Source: Octopus sinensis | Taxonomy: Eukaryota | NCBI RefSeq assembly: GCF_006345805.1 | Contig: NC_042999.1 | Location: 66,898,001 to 66,962,000 of the forward strand | Length of the DNA: 64,000 nucleotides | Reading direction: 5' to 3' | Shown here: positions 51,818-63,989 of the stretch, piece after piece | Position numbering within the stretch: the stretch's first letter is position 1 | How the letters are laid out: every line of letters begins with the position of its first letter | Program-made: the position numbers and the translations under genes | Notes under the pieces: generated by a model | The model's input: only the letters and a program-made list of their open reading frames with translations | Database searches by the model: none | What the model was told of the DNA's origin: nothing

Positions 51818-52035
51818 GATTGTTACTCTTGTTTAACCCCATGAAACATCGTTTCCAGCTGGCTGTACGACACAATATCTGTGTCCTTATATTTTCGAAC
51901 AGGGCGTGCAGCACCTCCATCCAGCACAAAACATTGGGGTACTGGATGCCCTGTTTGAAACTATAAGGAAACAGATATTATGTCGTATAGCCAGCTGGAA
52001 ACGACCTTTCCTGGGGCTAAACAACAGTTGCAATC
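51818..52035. repeat. 218 bp fold-back element (88 bp arms), probable MITE
   Basis: 51818-51905 pairs with 51948-52035 (tcgtttccagctggct.tacgaca.aatatctgt..ccttata). Confidence 0.85.
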
Positions 52036-52184
52036 CTCCTTTGTCACATTATGTTGGCAAATAGTCTTTACTTTAAGGAACTGTTACTGAATATCTCTCT
52101 TTCAGAAATTTAGAAATAATATTTCTATATAGATATTGTTACTATTATTATTAACAGAAAATAAAAAATATAATAATAATTCAT

Positions 52185-52780
52185 TTCTTTATTGCCCCTA
52201 GAGGGCTAAACAGAGGGGACAAACAAGGACAGACAAATGGATTAGGTTGATTATATCGACCCCAGTGCGTAACTGGCATTTATTTAATCGACCCCGAAAA
52301 GATGATAGGCAAATCGACCTCGGCGGAATTTGAACCCAGAACGTAACGGCAGACGAAATACCTATTTCTTTACTACCCACAAGGGGCTAAATACAGACAG
52401 GACAAACAAGGACAGACAAAGGGACTAAGTCGATTACATCGACCTCAGTGCGTAACTGGTGCTTAATTTATCGACCCTGAAAGGATGAAAAGCAAAGTCG
52501 ACCTAGGTGGAATTTGAACTCACAACGTAACGGCAGACGAAATACCTATTTCTTTACTATCCACAAGGGGCTAAACACAGAGGGGACAAACGAGGACAGA
52601 CAAACGGATTAAGTCGATTATATCGACCCCAGTGCGTAACTGGTACTTATTTAATCGACCCCGAAAGGATGAAAGGCAAAGTTGACCTCGGTGGAATCTG
52701 AACTCAGAACGTAACGGCAGACGAAATACGACTACGCATTTCGCCCGGCGTGCTAACATTTCTGCCAGCTCACTGCCTTC
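52185..52780 (-). mobile_element. SINE A trimer (one headed unit plus two headless tandem units)
   Basis: Three repeats of ttt(at)tact..cc..aggggctaaa..ggacaaacaagga..gaaatacc; head only at ~52735-52780. Confidence 0.88.
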
Positions 52781-53057
52781 TAACGTTTTTGCCAGATGCT
52801 GCCCAGTAATTATAACAATATAAGTGGCCAGCAGGCAATTATTCCGATAAAGAGCAAATGCGTAAATTTTATAATTGATTCATAATTATAAATAAGGGTA
52901 GACGAAGTACCCAGTTTGCTACATATAAGAGCCAAAAATACTCTAATAAGCCAGAGTTTCATTGAAAACATAACAGACCTAAGGCTTTAGTCTGCGGCTA
53001 TCGGCCGAGATGGTAAGTTAATTTCCTTGCTCGTTGCACGCTTTCTGTCGGTCTGTA

Positions 53058-53874
53058 GGGCAACTCATTCCCGGACAACTCATACCTGGACAATTGAAAT
53101 CTAGGACAACAGATTTATAGGACAACTGATATCTAGGACAACTTATTTAGGACAGCGCATGACAGGTATAAAGTGATAACGATTTAATTTTGAAAGAAAT
53201 TTTGTGTGCGTGTGGTGTGTGTGTGTGTGTATGTGTATGTATGTATATGTGTGCGTGTGTGGTGTGTATACACACACATCACTCACACACACAAATACAC
53301 ACCACACGCACATACATACACACACACCACACATACACAATACACAAGCCACACACACACACACACACCAAACATACACACATCCGTGCACACGCACACA
53401 TACACACAAATACACACATCACACACACGCACACGCATCCACATACACACGCGCCCACCCACACATACACACCACACACATATTTGCGTGAGTGCGTGTG
53501 TGCATATAGATGTGTGTGTGCGTGTATGTGTCTGTATGTGAATGTGTCTGCATATTTGCATGTGTGCTTGTTCTGTGTGTGTATGTGTTCGTCTGAGTGG
53601 TGTGTGTGATGTGTGTGTGCGTGTGTGTGATGTGTGTGCGTGTGCGTGGTGTGTGTGTGGTGTGTATTTGTGTGTGTGTCTATGTATATGTGTGCGTGTA
53701 CGTGTGTGTGGTGCGTATTTGTGTGTGTGTGGTGTATGTAGTGTATGTGTGTTTGTGCATGAGTGTGGTGTGTGCGGTTATTTTATTCTTGATTTTTCTT
53801 TCAAAATTAAATCTTTATCACTTTCTACCTGCTGTGCGTTGTCCTACATAATTTGTCCTATATATCAGTTGCCC
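53058..53874. mobile_element. Fold-back element with ~80 bp modular TIRs (GGACAAC repeats) enclosing (GT)/(CA)/(GT) microsatellite
   Basis: 53118-53199 is an imperfect reverse complement of 53794-53874; the left arm has additional ggacaa units back to 53058. Confidence 0.7.
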
Positions 53875-53995
53875 TGGCACGGTTTTCAGTGACACTGTGG
53901 CTTATTGGAATATTTTTGAATCATATTCTTCGCAAGCTGGTACTTCATGTTCCCTTAATTATAATTATGAATTAATTATAATATATATATATATA

Positions 53996-54410
53996 AGCGC
54001 AGGAGTGTGGTAAATAGCCTGCTTACAAGCCACACGGTTCCGGGTTCAGTCCCACTGCGTGGCACCCTGAGCAAGTGTCTTCTACTATAGCCTCGGGTCG
54101 ACCAAGGCCTTGTGAATCTGGTAGACGGAAACTGAAAGAAGCCCATCGCATATATATGTATGTGTGTGTGTGAGTGTGTGTGTATGTGAGTGTGTATGTG
54201 TGTGTATGTGTGTTTGTGCCCCCACCATCGCTCGACAACCGATGTTGGTGTGTTTACGTCCCCGTAACTTAGCGGTTCGGCAAAAGGGACCAACAGAATA
54301 AGTACTAGGCTTACAAAGAATAAGTCCTGGAGTCACTCTTTTCGACTAAAGGCAGTGCTCCAACGTGCCCACAATTAAATGACTGAAACAAATAAAAGAA
54401 TAAAAGAATA
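53996..54410 (+). mobile_element. SINE B
   Basis: Near-consensus head to tail. Confidence 0.9.
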
Positions 54411-55163
54411 TATTATATATTGTGCGAATATGTTAGTCATAGTAGAAGGGATGGGATGTAGTCTGCAAATCAAGGGAGGTTACTCTCAGTATTAATTTGC
54501 CTTAATGGCTAGCTTAACGCATATTTAATGGATAACTTCGCAATTATCATCTCATAATTTTCCATCCTCTTCCATTGAGATAATTACAACTATTCAAGTT
54601 ACATATTTCTTCTCAAAGTAAGATGAAACTCTGAGATGTGCCAATCAAGACCCAGAATAATAAAATTTATGCTTATCTTCATTTCTGCTGGAGTAGTTTC
54701 AATTTATGTTTGTATATTTCTTTGTGCGTTCATTCATTATTATATACGCGTGTGTGTTGGTAAGCAAGCTATACTTACCACACAGCCACTCCTTCGATCA
54801 CAAAAAAAAACAAAGACATCAACTCCGTTCCGCACGACGACCCAGTTGTCTCTCACCATTAATCTTGGAAAGAAAAACTGTCCCTCGGTAATAAATGTAC
54901 CATGTGACATACAGAGGACGTAGACATGGCACATTGTAGTGAATGAAGAGAGAGAAAAGTGGAACAAAAAGTAAAAAATCAGGTTTTCCTTTACCAGAGT
55001 TTCTTAATCTTGGCAGAACGCTTCCTTCGAGTCATCGTGAGCAGCCAGGAAGACATCAAATGTCAAAAAGACGAATGTCCGAAGCCTTGATATGTTCAGA
55101 AGGGTCGAGATTTTACTTGGAAATAAAATATTTAAACGAGATGCAACGATTATATTTTTCAAA

Positions 55164-55222
<59 letters not shown>

Positions 55223-56344
55223 CGCGCGCGCACATACACACACACATGATTAGCTTTATTACAGTCCAGATATTAATTTGAACGTTAGCAAACTGAAACT
55301 CCAATATTTTTTTGCCATTGCATCCTGTTGCATACATACTTAAAGTCGTTCTGAAATATAATCACCGCCGTCAATATATCTTCGCACAGTTTTATTTAAA
55401 AAGAAAATCATATTCAAGAAAAAGATATTTCTTTCTTTTGTATAATACTTTTTCTCTCTGTTCTGTGAATAAAACAAGTTGATTGAAAAGGTACAAGGAT
55501 ATAATTAAGCGGGGGGGGGGGTTATCAAGGATGCAAGGGAAACAACTCTCAATAGTTAACAGAAGAGTTATATCCCTTGCATTATAAGTTACTGAATTTG
55601 TATATGTGCGTGTGTGTTAAGTAAATTGAGTATGTCGTTGGCTTTTGCGAGAATCCCAGGCAGCCGATTGCAACTGGAGGCGCTATCTTGAAAGCTGGGG
55701 GAACAAGGGTACAGAAAAAGCCACTACTTAAAGTGTGAAAGTGGACAAAAGCCCCATGCTTATATTTTTCGGGGTTTTTTTTTTTATTCACATTTGTTGG
55801 CGCCTAGCCCGGTCAAAACTTCTGAAATATTTCGTTTTCATTTTCATTTTACTTGTTAAAATCATTAAACTGAGGCCATGCTGGGGCATCACCTCGTTCG
55901 AGCATTTTTTTTTTTTTTTTTCCCCAATTTCTTCAAAGTTCTGCTTTTTTAGTTAAACGCAAAATAATTTCAGAATAAACTTTGTCCATGGTATTAGCTG
56001 TCAGAAGTGAACGTAGAAAAATCTGACGTCAACTTCGTTTATTTACGTCAAGTTTATACCTTCGTTAATTTACGTCGTTTATTTACGTATCACCACGCTG
56101 TTAGGTTTATAATACAATTGAGCACCCCATAGCCACCCCGTGGCTATAGCCTGACGATCCTAACAGAGTAGACTATGGTCAGAATCGCTCCAACTATGAA
56201 CGTCCCGCTTTTTTCCTTCAAATATATTGTATCTACATAATTCAATGAGTTTCTCTGAGGAACATTTTTCGCTTATATGATTACATCTAATTTTGCCATT
56301 TATCACTTATATTATTCAGACGTAAGTAACGTCGTTCCGGCTGT

Positions 56345-56580
56345 GACAAACCCAACTATTTCTTTTCTGTTCTATATTTTAGAGATGAGGAATTCTGTAC
56401 ATTATTTACATTATTTACATTTGACGGGTATTTGTCCTCATCTTGTTTGTTGTTGACACAACGTTTTGGCTGATATACCCGCCAGCCTTCATCAGTTGTC
56501 CTGGAGGAATTTCGAACCTGGGTTCTCATTCTTATTCTTAAGGTAGTTTTCGATATTATTATTATTATTATTATTATCAT
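56345..56580 (-). mobile_element. Family H tail (HHR-containing), minus strand
   Basis: Reverse complement: ctaccttaagaataagaatgagaacccaggttcgaaa..gacaaCTGATGAaggctg..cagccAAAAcgttgtgtc. Confidence 0.8.
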
Positions 56581-56589
56581 CATCATCTT

Positions 56590-56721
56590 GTTTACCAACC
56601 ACATGGTTCCGGGTTCAAGTCCCACTGCGTGGCACCGTGGGCAAGTGTCTTCTACTATAGTCTCGGGCCGATCAAAGCATTGTGAGTGGATTTGGTAGAC
56701 GGAAACTGAAAGAAGCCCGTC

Positions 56722-56756
<35 letters not shown>

Positions 56757-56972
56757 TGTGTGTGTTTGTTTGTCTGTGTTTGTCCCCCTAGCATTGCTTG
56801 ACAACCGATGCTGGTGTGTTTATGTCCCCGTACCTTAGCGGTTCGGCAAAAGAGACCGATAAAATAAGTACTGGGCTTACAAAAGAATAAGTCCTGGGGT
56901 CGAGTTGCTCGATTAAAGGCGGTGCTCCAGCATGGCCGCAGTCAAAATGACTGAAACAAGTAAAAGAGTAAT
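56590..56972 (+). mobile_element. SINE B between inverted family H units
   Basis: ttaccaaccacatggttccgggttca...gactgaaacaagtaaaagagta. Confidence 0.88.
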
Positions 56973-57047
56973 AATAATAATACTAATAATAATAATTATA
57001 ATAATAATAACATTGAAAACTACCTTAAGAATAAGAACCCAGGTTCG

Positions 57048-57325
57048 GGCGTAGTGGTTAAGAGCGCGGGCTAATAATCCCAAGATTCCGAGTTCGATTC
57101 CAAGCAGTGACCTGAACAACAATAATGATAATAATAATAATAACATCGAAAAATACCTTAGGAATGAGGACCCAGATTCGAAATTTCCCCATGACACCTG
57201 AAAAAGGCTGGAGGGTATATCAGCTGAAACGTTGTGTTAACAACAAACAAGATGAGGACAAATATCCGTCAAATATAAATAATGTAAACAATGTAAATAA
57301 TTCCTTATCTCTTAAATATAGAACT
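57048..57325 (+). mobile_element. Complete family H unit: tRNA-like head (A box 57048-57057, B box 57090-57101), (AAT)n, HHR (57193-57238)
   Basis: ggcgtagtgg...gagttcgattcc...gacac-CTGAAAA-a-ggctg..cagct-GAAA-cg-tt|gtgtt; preceded by a partial tandem unit (56985-57047). Confidence 0.82.
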
Positions 57326-57357
57326 TAAACTGGGTGGTAGAGTAAATTGACTAACTG

Positions 57358-57680
57358 ACTAGCACTCTATTGGTTATGATGACGAGTGTCCCAGTTGATC
57401 CAATCAATGGGACAGCCTGCTCATGAAATTAACGTCCATGTGGCTGAGCACTCCACAGACACATGTAGCCTTAATGCAGCTCTGGGGGGAGATTCAGCAT
57501 GACACAGAGTGTGACAAGGCCAACCCTTTAAAATACAGGTACAACACATTTATGCCAGTTGAGTGGACTGGAGCAACGTGAAATAAAGGGTCTTGTTCAA
57601 GGATACAAGGCGTCACCAGGAATTGAACTCATAACCTTACCATCGCGAGCCGAATACCCTGACCACTGAGCCATGCTAAC
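57358..57680 (-). mobile_element. SINE family E
   Basis: Reverse complement: tggctcagtggtcagggtattcggctcgcgatggtaaggttatgagttcaattcc...ttgtcacactctgtgtcatgctgaatctccc. Confidence 0.82.
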
Positions 57681-58302
57681 TGAAGGAGGTGAACCCAATT
57701 CCTGGTTCTAATTAAATAGATGTTGATTACTTCAGGTTTAAAATAATTAGTAATACTATAGCTGCCTGTACAATGACAGAAACAAGTTAAGGATAATAAA
57801 ATAATGCTTAAAGCCAGGAGAAAATTACCTGGTGGGTGATGATGTCTCACCCACCCACCCACCCCTGGTTTTATTAATTAAGCCAACAAAAATAAAACAA
57901 ACAAACAACAAAACAAAAAGTTTCTGTGAATACCGGTGTTTAATTTCAGTCAAAAGTAGATATTTACATATTTACAGTAATACAAAGAGTGTAATTAAAT
58001 AAATGCTTAATAATTAACAATTCTTTATGAGATTTACATAAAGGTGAAGAAACACTCAAATTATTCAGAATTCTTGAATATAAAATATATTCTAAGCACT
58101 CTCCAGGTGAAGGAATATTTTCATGCAAAAATTAGTAAATTGTCTAATAAACATCAAAGTCAAATAAATATATATCATATTTGGTTTTTGGATTTGGTTT
58201 TTCAAAATTCTTGATCTAAACTTGTGTGTTGAAACATTTTATATTATTTTGGGAGGGTCATTTTGCCATTAATACACACATACACTGGTTCCTTTTCATT
58301 TC

Positions 58303-58337
<35 letters not shown>

Positions 58338-58891
58338 GTCAATTGGTAAAATATTTAGCCAATTAACTTGTCTATTGTTCAACTGATCATTTAGTCAGTC
58401 AATTAATTAATCAGATAGGTTTGTCAAAGTTCTTTTCTCACCATTCACAGTCTCAAAAAATAACCTACAAATGACAATTAAAAAAAACATTGCCAAACCT
58501 ACCTGATTGATTGGGCGCCCAAACAATTAATCAAACAATCAATTAGTTAACTGATTAATCAGTAAATCAGTTAACTAATAATAATAAAAGAAGTGAAATA
58601 CAACCAGTGTTTATCAATTATTAGCGTAATGACCCTCCCAAGATACAATTTACATATGTTCTTATTTTTTTTGTATTTGATTTTGATATCATTATTGTTA
58701 CTGTTATTTTTGTAGTCAGCATTTATATTTTTGTTGAAGTTAGTGTTGTAGTTACCTGAGTAATTTTTATTGCAAAAATAAACACTAACACACTTAGTAC
58801 ACCAAGCAAGAAAATTTCTGTTAACAGAACAGTAGAATAAAAAGAAACTAGTGGTGTTTAGTATTGGAAAAATGTAATACAAATAATCTAA

Positions 58892-59340
58892 CCCTTTTGT
58901 TACTGTATTTATTTTAAGATGCTCCATGTTTCTTTCAATTAATTTTAAATATAACCAAGAATTTAAGGTGGTGTTAGGAACATAAATTGTGACTAAGGTT
59001 TGGTGGAAGATTTTAATTCAAAACTTATGAAAACAAGACATTAGTATTAAAGAGCCAGAGGCAGTTTCAGCCAGGTTGGTAATGAAAGGGTTAAGAATTG
59101 TTTCTCTATTATAAATATATATATTGTTACCTTATTTCTGTTGAGATGCTCTGTGCTTCTTTCAATTAATTTTAAATATAACAAAGAATTTAGTAAAATA
59201 ACTTAGTTATCATTAAGCTAGTGTTAGGAACATAAATTGTGACTAAGGTTTATTGGAAAATTTTAATTCAAAATTTATGAAAACAAGACATTTGTACTAC
59301 AGAGACAGAGGCAGTTTCAGCCAGGTTGGTAATGAAAGGG
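58892..59340. mobile_element. Two tandem copies of a ~200 bp TTAA-type (piggyBac-like) MITE
   Basis: (c)taa-CCCTTT...AAAGGG-ttaa (58892-59090) and a second copy lacking the left tip (59125-59340) also ending AAAGGG-ttaa. Confidence 0.7.
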
Positions 59341-59724
59341 TTAAACCAGGCATGGATAACCTTTTTTGAGAAACATGCAACATGACTCAAAGCTCATCAA
59401 CAGGCTGGCCACACTATTAAGAAAATTCAGGGTAATTTTTCATTAGATGTGCCATTTTGAAAGTCACACAGGTTTCAATTTGTCCATGAGTGGTTTAAGC
59501 AGAGAAATATATTTTATGTCATGAGGAAGAAATGAAATCTAATGTCTCAGACATTTGTTTTTCTTTGAAGAATTAATCAAGGCTATACCCGTATCAAAGA
59601 GAGGTAAATGTAGAACAATGCTTAAAGCAAGCTAACAAAAGCAAAGCTAACAGTTCAAAAATAAATCAAAATTGAAATGGTTCGATGCACCAAAGTCTCA
59701 ATGAATTAAAGTGGAATTTGGTTG

Positions 59725-60210
59725 ATATGTGTTGCTATTAAACCATCGAGTCTTCTGTCTTCTTTTGGCAGTCATTTGTTACTATAAACCAGCAAGCATG
59801 TTTTTGGTAGATGTTTGTTGCTATGAATCAGTTATTCGTCCTTTGAAAGACACACTGTTGCTATAGAACCAGAAAACCTTAATTTCGTAGACTATTTTTG
59901 TTATCTGAAGCACCCAGTTTTTTCTTTATTAGACACCTGTACAATTGAACCATCCAACCTTTCTTTTGCAGACAGTGTTGCTATTGGACTAGATAATTTC
60001 CCTTTGACTGTTGAAACTGTGAGCCTTCCTTTGCCAGGCTTATATGGATTGCTATTGACACAGCCACCAGCTTTCCTGCCACAGAATCAGACAGGTGTTC
60101 CTGTTATAGATACCTGTTGCCATTGAGCTATCCAACCTTTGTTTAGCAGACACTGTGCTATTGAATCAGCCAGCCTTTCGTTCTTGGCCAATACATGTTC
60201 CTATTGAAGT
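59725..60210 (+). repeat. Degenerate ~40 bp minisatellite (about 11 units)
   Basis: Recurring tgttgctattgaa(c/t)ca.ccagcctttc..ttgcagacac motif. Confidence 0.7.
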
Positions 60211-60673
60211 AACATAATATTTGTGCTATTAAAAATTAAAATATGAAAGCTTCATTTTAAAGGTGGTGAGAAGTTTATTCTGGAAAAGATGTGACAACTA
60301 CTTTGTAGATTCTGCAATTCCAGAGAAATTACAGGGAACATCTTTGTTGTTGTTAGAATTACTGTGATGCCCCAGTCCATCTATGACTGAGTGGATCTAT
60401 GATCAAGACTTTCTACTTATGACCACCTCCATCATCTTTTCTTCCACAGTGTACAGAGTATCTGGGACTACATTATATCCTATGTGATTCCTACTGAAAG
60501 ATGATATGGTGCATGATATCATTAAACAATTGTGATTATGTTAATTAATCTTGTGATTGGATGATAAAATGGAAATATCAATTTATTAGTATTTCTGCAG
60601 TGTACGCTGTTAGGCTGGAAGCTACTAAGCTGATAACCAGGATCAATAAGATAAGATCCAAAGCAACAACTGA

Positions 60674-60708
<35 letters not shown>

Positions 60709-60759
60709 TTATAATTAATATATTTATTAATTAATTACTTTATTATTCTAGTTTATTTT

Positions 60760-60867
60760 TAACCTGATGAGTGGCTATATTTATATCGACGTGATTTTAC
60801 TACTACTACTATTAATTTTTTTTACTATAATCATTTCTTAAATATAGCCACAAAACACGTGTCGTTA
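60760..60867 (+). ncRNA. Hammerhead fold with a single core lesion (G12A)
   Basis: UAAC-CUGAUGA-GUGGCUAUAUUU..AAAUAUAGCCAC-AAAA-CACGUG-UC|GUUA; 12-bp perfect stem II base, palindromic ACACGUGU stem III. Confidence 0.7.
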
Positions 60868-61131
60868 TTCTACCCAATATATACGTTTTTATTATTATTT
60901 TGCAATTTACTTAATCATCGGTATATTATTGCTATTCTGTTTTTAATATTTCTATTATATGTAATTGTCTAGATGGTGTAATTTAATTGTTCATTTTGAA
61001 TTGATAAAAGGTGGGTTTTTTTCTAATTTGTATATATATATATTATATTTTATGAAGTTTGATTTAGTATTTCTAAATTGAATTTTTCCCCGTAAGTTAG
61101 GAATAATATTCCCTCAAATAATTATTATTAT

Positions 61132-61268
61132 ATGGCGTTAGGAAGGGCATCCAGCTGTAGAAACTCTGCCAGATCAGACTGGGCCTGGTGCAGCCTTCTA
61201 GCTTCCCAGACCCCAGTTGAACCGTCCAACCCATGCTAACATGGAAAGCGGATGTTAAACGATGATGA
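61132..61268 (+). mobile_element. 3' end of a retroposon with (GAT)n tail (RTE-like); partial inverted copy at ~36245-36292
   Basis: ggcgttaggaagggcatccagctgtagaaa...ccaacccatgctaacatggaaagcggatgttaaacgatgatga. Confidence 0.65.
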
Positions 61269-61624
61269 TATATATATATACACACCATATGTTACATATG
61301 TACACAGATAGATACATATATACATACACATGTATATATATATGAATATATACAAGTGTATGTGTGTGTTTGTGATGAACTGAACCTGGTTCACCCCAGT
61401 TCACATGAATCAGTTGCTACATTTTTCTTTGGAAACCAGTTGCTAATGTTTTGTTGAACTCTGAAGAGAAACTAACTTGTAAGGATTTCAACATTAATCA
61501 TGCCACACAAACAAAGGACTGCCCACACATAACTGGTGGTCCAGTTTGCCCTTTGATGTGTTTTTGAGTGAAAGTTAAACAATTTGCTATGTAAAGATTT
61601 TTCGATTTTAATATTACATTTGGA

Positions 61625-61845
61625 TAAAGGCAGCAAGCTGGCAGAATTGTTACTGCACTGGGCAAAAACGCTTAGGACTCATCTTAACGTTTTGAGTGCA
61701 AATGCCATCAAGGTCAACTTTGCCTTTCATCCTTTCAGGATCGATAAAACAAGTACCAGTTGAAAACTGAGTTCGATGTAATTGAGTTAACCCACCCACC
61801 CACCCACTTAAATTGCTGGCTTTATGTCAGAATTTGAAATCGATA
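61625..61845 (+). mobile_element. SINE A variant
   Basis: aaggcagcaagctggcagaattgtta...ggtcaactttgcctttcatcctttcagg...aaattgctggc. Confidence 0.75.
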
Positions 61846-62033
61846 TTACAGTGAGGTGGTTCATAAAGTTATTTGCCAGGATAAGAGCAAAAAATGTGTT
61901 TTAGGTGTGTAGTTCTAAGGTCATGGTTTTCAAACCTTATTTCATGACACTCTGGAGATCAAATTTAAAAAAAATTAATGCCACACTCCATATTGAACAT
62001 TAAAAATAAAAATAATAATAATAATAATAATAA

Positions 62034-62588
62034 ATGGCTTGATGCAGTACCAGGCAGTTGCTCTCATGGCTTCTGATCTTAACTGATTGGAAGTGTTATA
62101 ATGTACATTGTTTTGTCTTGGTATAAAAGATGGGCTACAGCAAATATTCTGCTCAATACCAAGATTTGCTTGTCAGTTGTTTGACTTTAACCAGTTGAGC
62201 ATATCCCTTAGTGGCTGATGATATGTGCATCTTTGATCGCGAGCAGAAGTAGTGGGGGAGCATCATAGCCATGTGTTGAGAGGAATTCTTTGTGGTTTGG
62301 ATAATTCACCTTTGGAAACATGGGTGTTTCATTCAACATCCATAAACAACCCTTATTCAGGAAACTTTTGAGCGAGATGGGTTACTCGACCAGAAGTAAA
62401 TTCTAACTGGGCCCCACCTGCAAGGTCACGTGCTGTTTATCTTGATATGAGATCACTATGTCACGCGCATATGGTTGTGATGCATGTGCCTAGTGTACCC
62501 TTATCAGACGGGTAGTCATGATGGTTATACTGGGCTTCGTATATTTTACCCCAGAGTCACTTTGATGGCATGCACTGCTCTCTCACTC
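62034..62588 (+). mobile_element. Family F element, second copy, in (AAT)n
   Basis: Colinear with 284-843. Confidence 0.82.
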
Positions 62589-62635
<47 letters not shown>

Positions 62636-62654
62636 TAACAATAATAATCTGCTT

Positions 62655-62864
62655 TGACTCTTTAGATTTTAAACTAGCCATTCTATTTGATTTATGTTCA
62701 AACCAGCCGAATCTGGGCTCTCACACTTACCATACAATGTCATTTTAAAAATAAACAATCACATCATCGAAATCTCAAAGCTACGAGATAACGCATGCTT
62801 AATTCAAAACGATGTGAATAAATAAGCATTCATTTGATTGAGTAATATGAATGGTAAAGGGTTA
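62655..62864. mobile_element. Degenerate TTAA-type MITE (second family)
   Basis: Ends in aaagggttaa; left TIR eroded. Confidence 0.45.
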
Positions 62865-63199
62865 AAGTAAAAGAGAAAAGAAAAAAATATAGAAAACTAT
62901 TGCCTGCCTTATTTGATTAATCACACCTTTGATTAATCAATTATGAATAATACATTTTTTTTTCAAGATGTCCAATGACTGGATGATCACAAGTCTTAAA
63001 TCGTAATTTTTTTCTTCAATTAATCATGGTGCATTTACATAATCCCCTGTGGTGCACCAATGCATTGTGGTCCATTGTTCGAGAACCAATGCTCTAAGGA
63101 ATGTGTGTGTGTGATTATATGTGTATATCTATATATATATATAGATATATGATTATATGAAATAAGAGAATATATAAACATATGTATATTTCTGCTTGA

Positions 63200-63672
63200 C
63201 TGTATGGAATTAGTTTGTGTGTGTGCATGCATGTATGTGTTTGCACATGTGTGTATAGCTGTGTGTAACTATATGGAATAAGTGTTTATATATGTGTATA
63301 TATTTATGAGTGACTATTGAATAAGTGAGTATATAAACATGTGTGTGCATATTGTTGCTTGACTATATAGATTGAGTGTGTATGCATGTGTGTATATTTT
63401 GGGGTGACTATATAGAATAAGTGCGTATATAAATACGTGCATGCATATTTCTGTGTGAGAACATAAAATGAGTGTGTGTATGTATGTATGTGTGTATGCA
63501 TGAATGTATGTATGTATGTGTGCATGTATATATGTGTGTATGCATGAATGTATGTGTGTATGTATGTATGTATGTATGTATGCATGAATGTATGTATGTA
63601 TGTATGTGTGTATGTATGTGTGTATGTATGTATGTGTGTATGCATGAATGTATGTGTGTATGCATGAATGTA

Positions 63673-63703
<31 letters not shown>

Positions 63704-63949
63704 CTATTGCTTTGTGAATATACTGGGTGACTATGTTTATATCTAAGTGACCGTCTGGAATAAGTGGGTGTATATATGTGTATATGTGTGGATATTTCAG
63801 TGTAGCAATATTGAATGAATGTATGTATGTATATATTTCTCTGAGACTATAAGGAATGTCTGTATACATGTGTGTGTGTGTGTGTGTGTATTTCTCTGTG
63901 TCTGGAATAAGTGTACATATATTTCTGTGTGACTATTGAATGAGTGTGT

Positions 63950-63989
<40 letters not shown>

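Noticed and set aside
59725-60210. CRISPR-like repeat-spacer array
   Set aside because: Repeats are highly degenerate, spacers are related to each other, context is eukaryotic and there are no cas genes.
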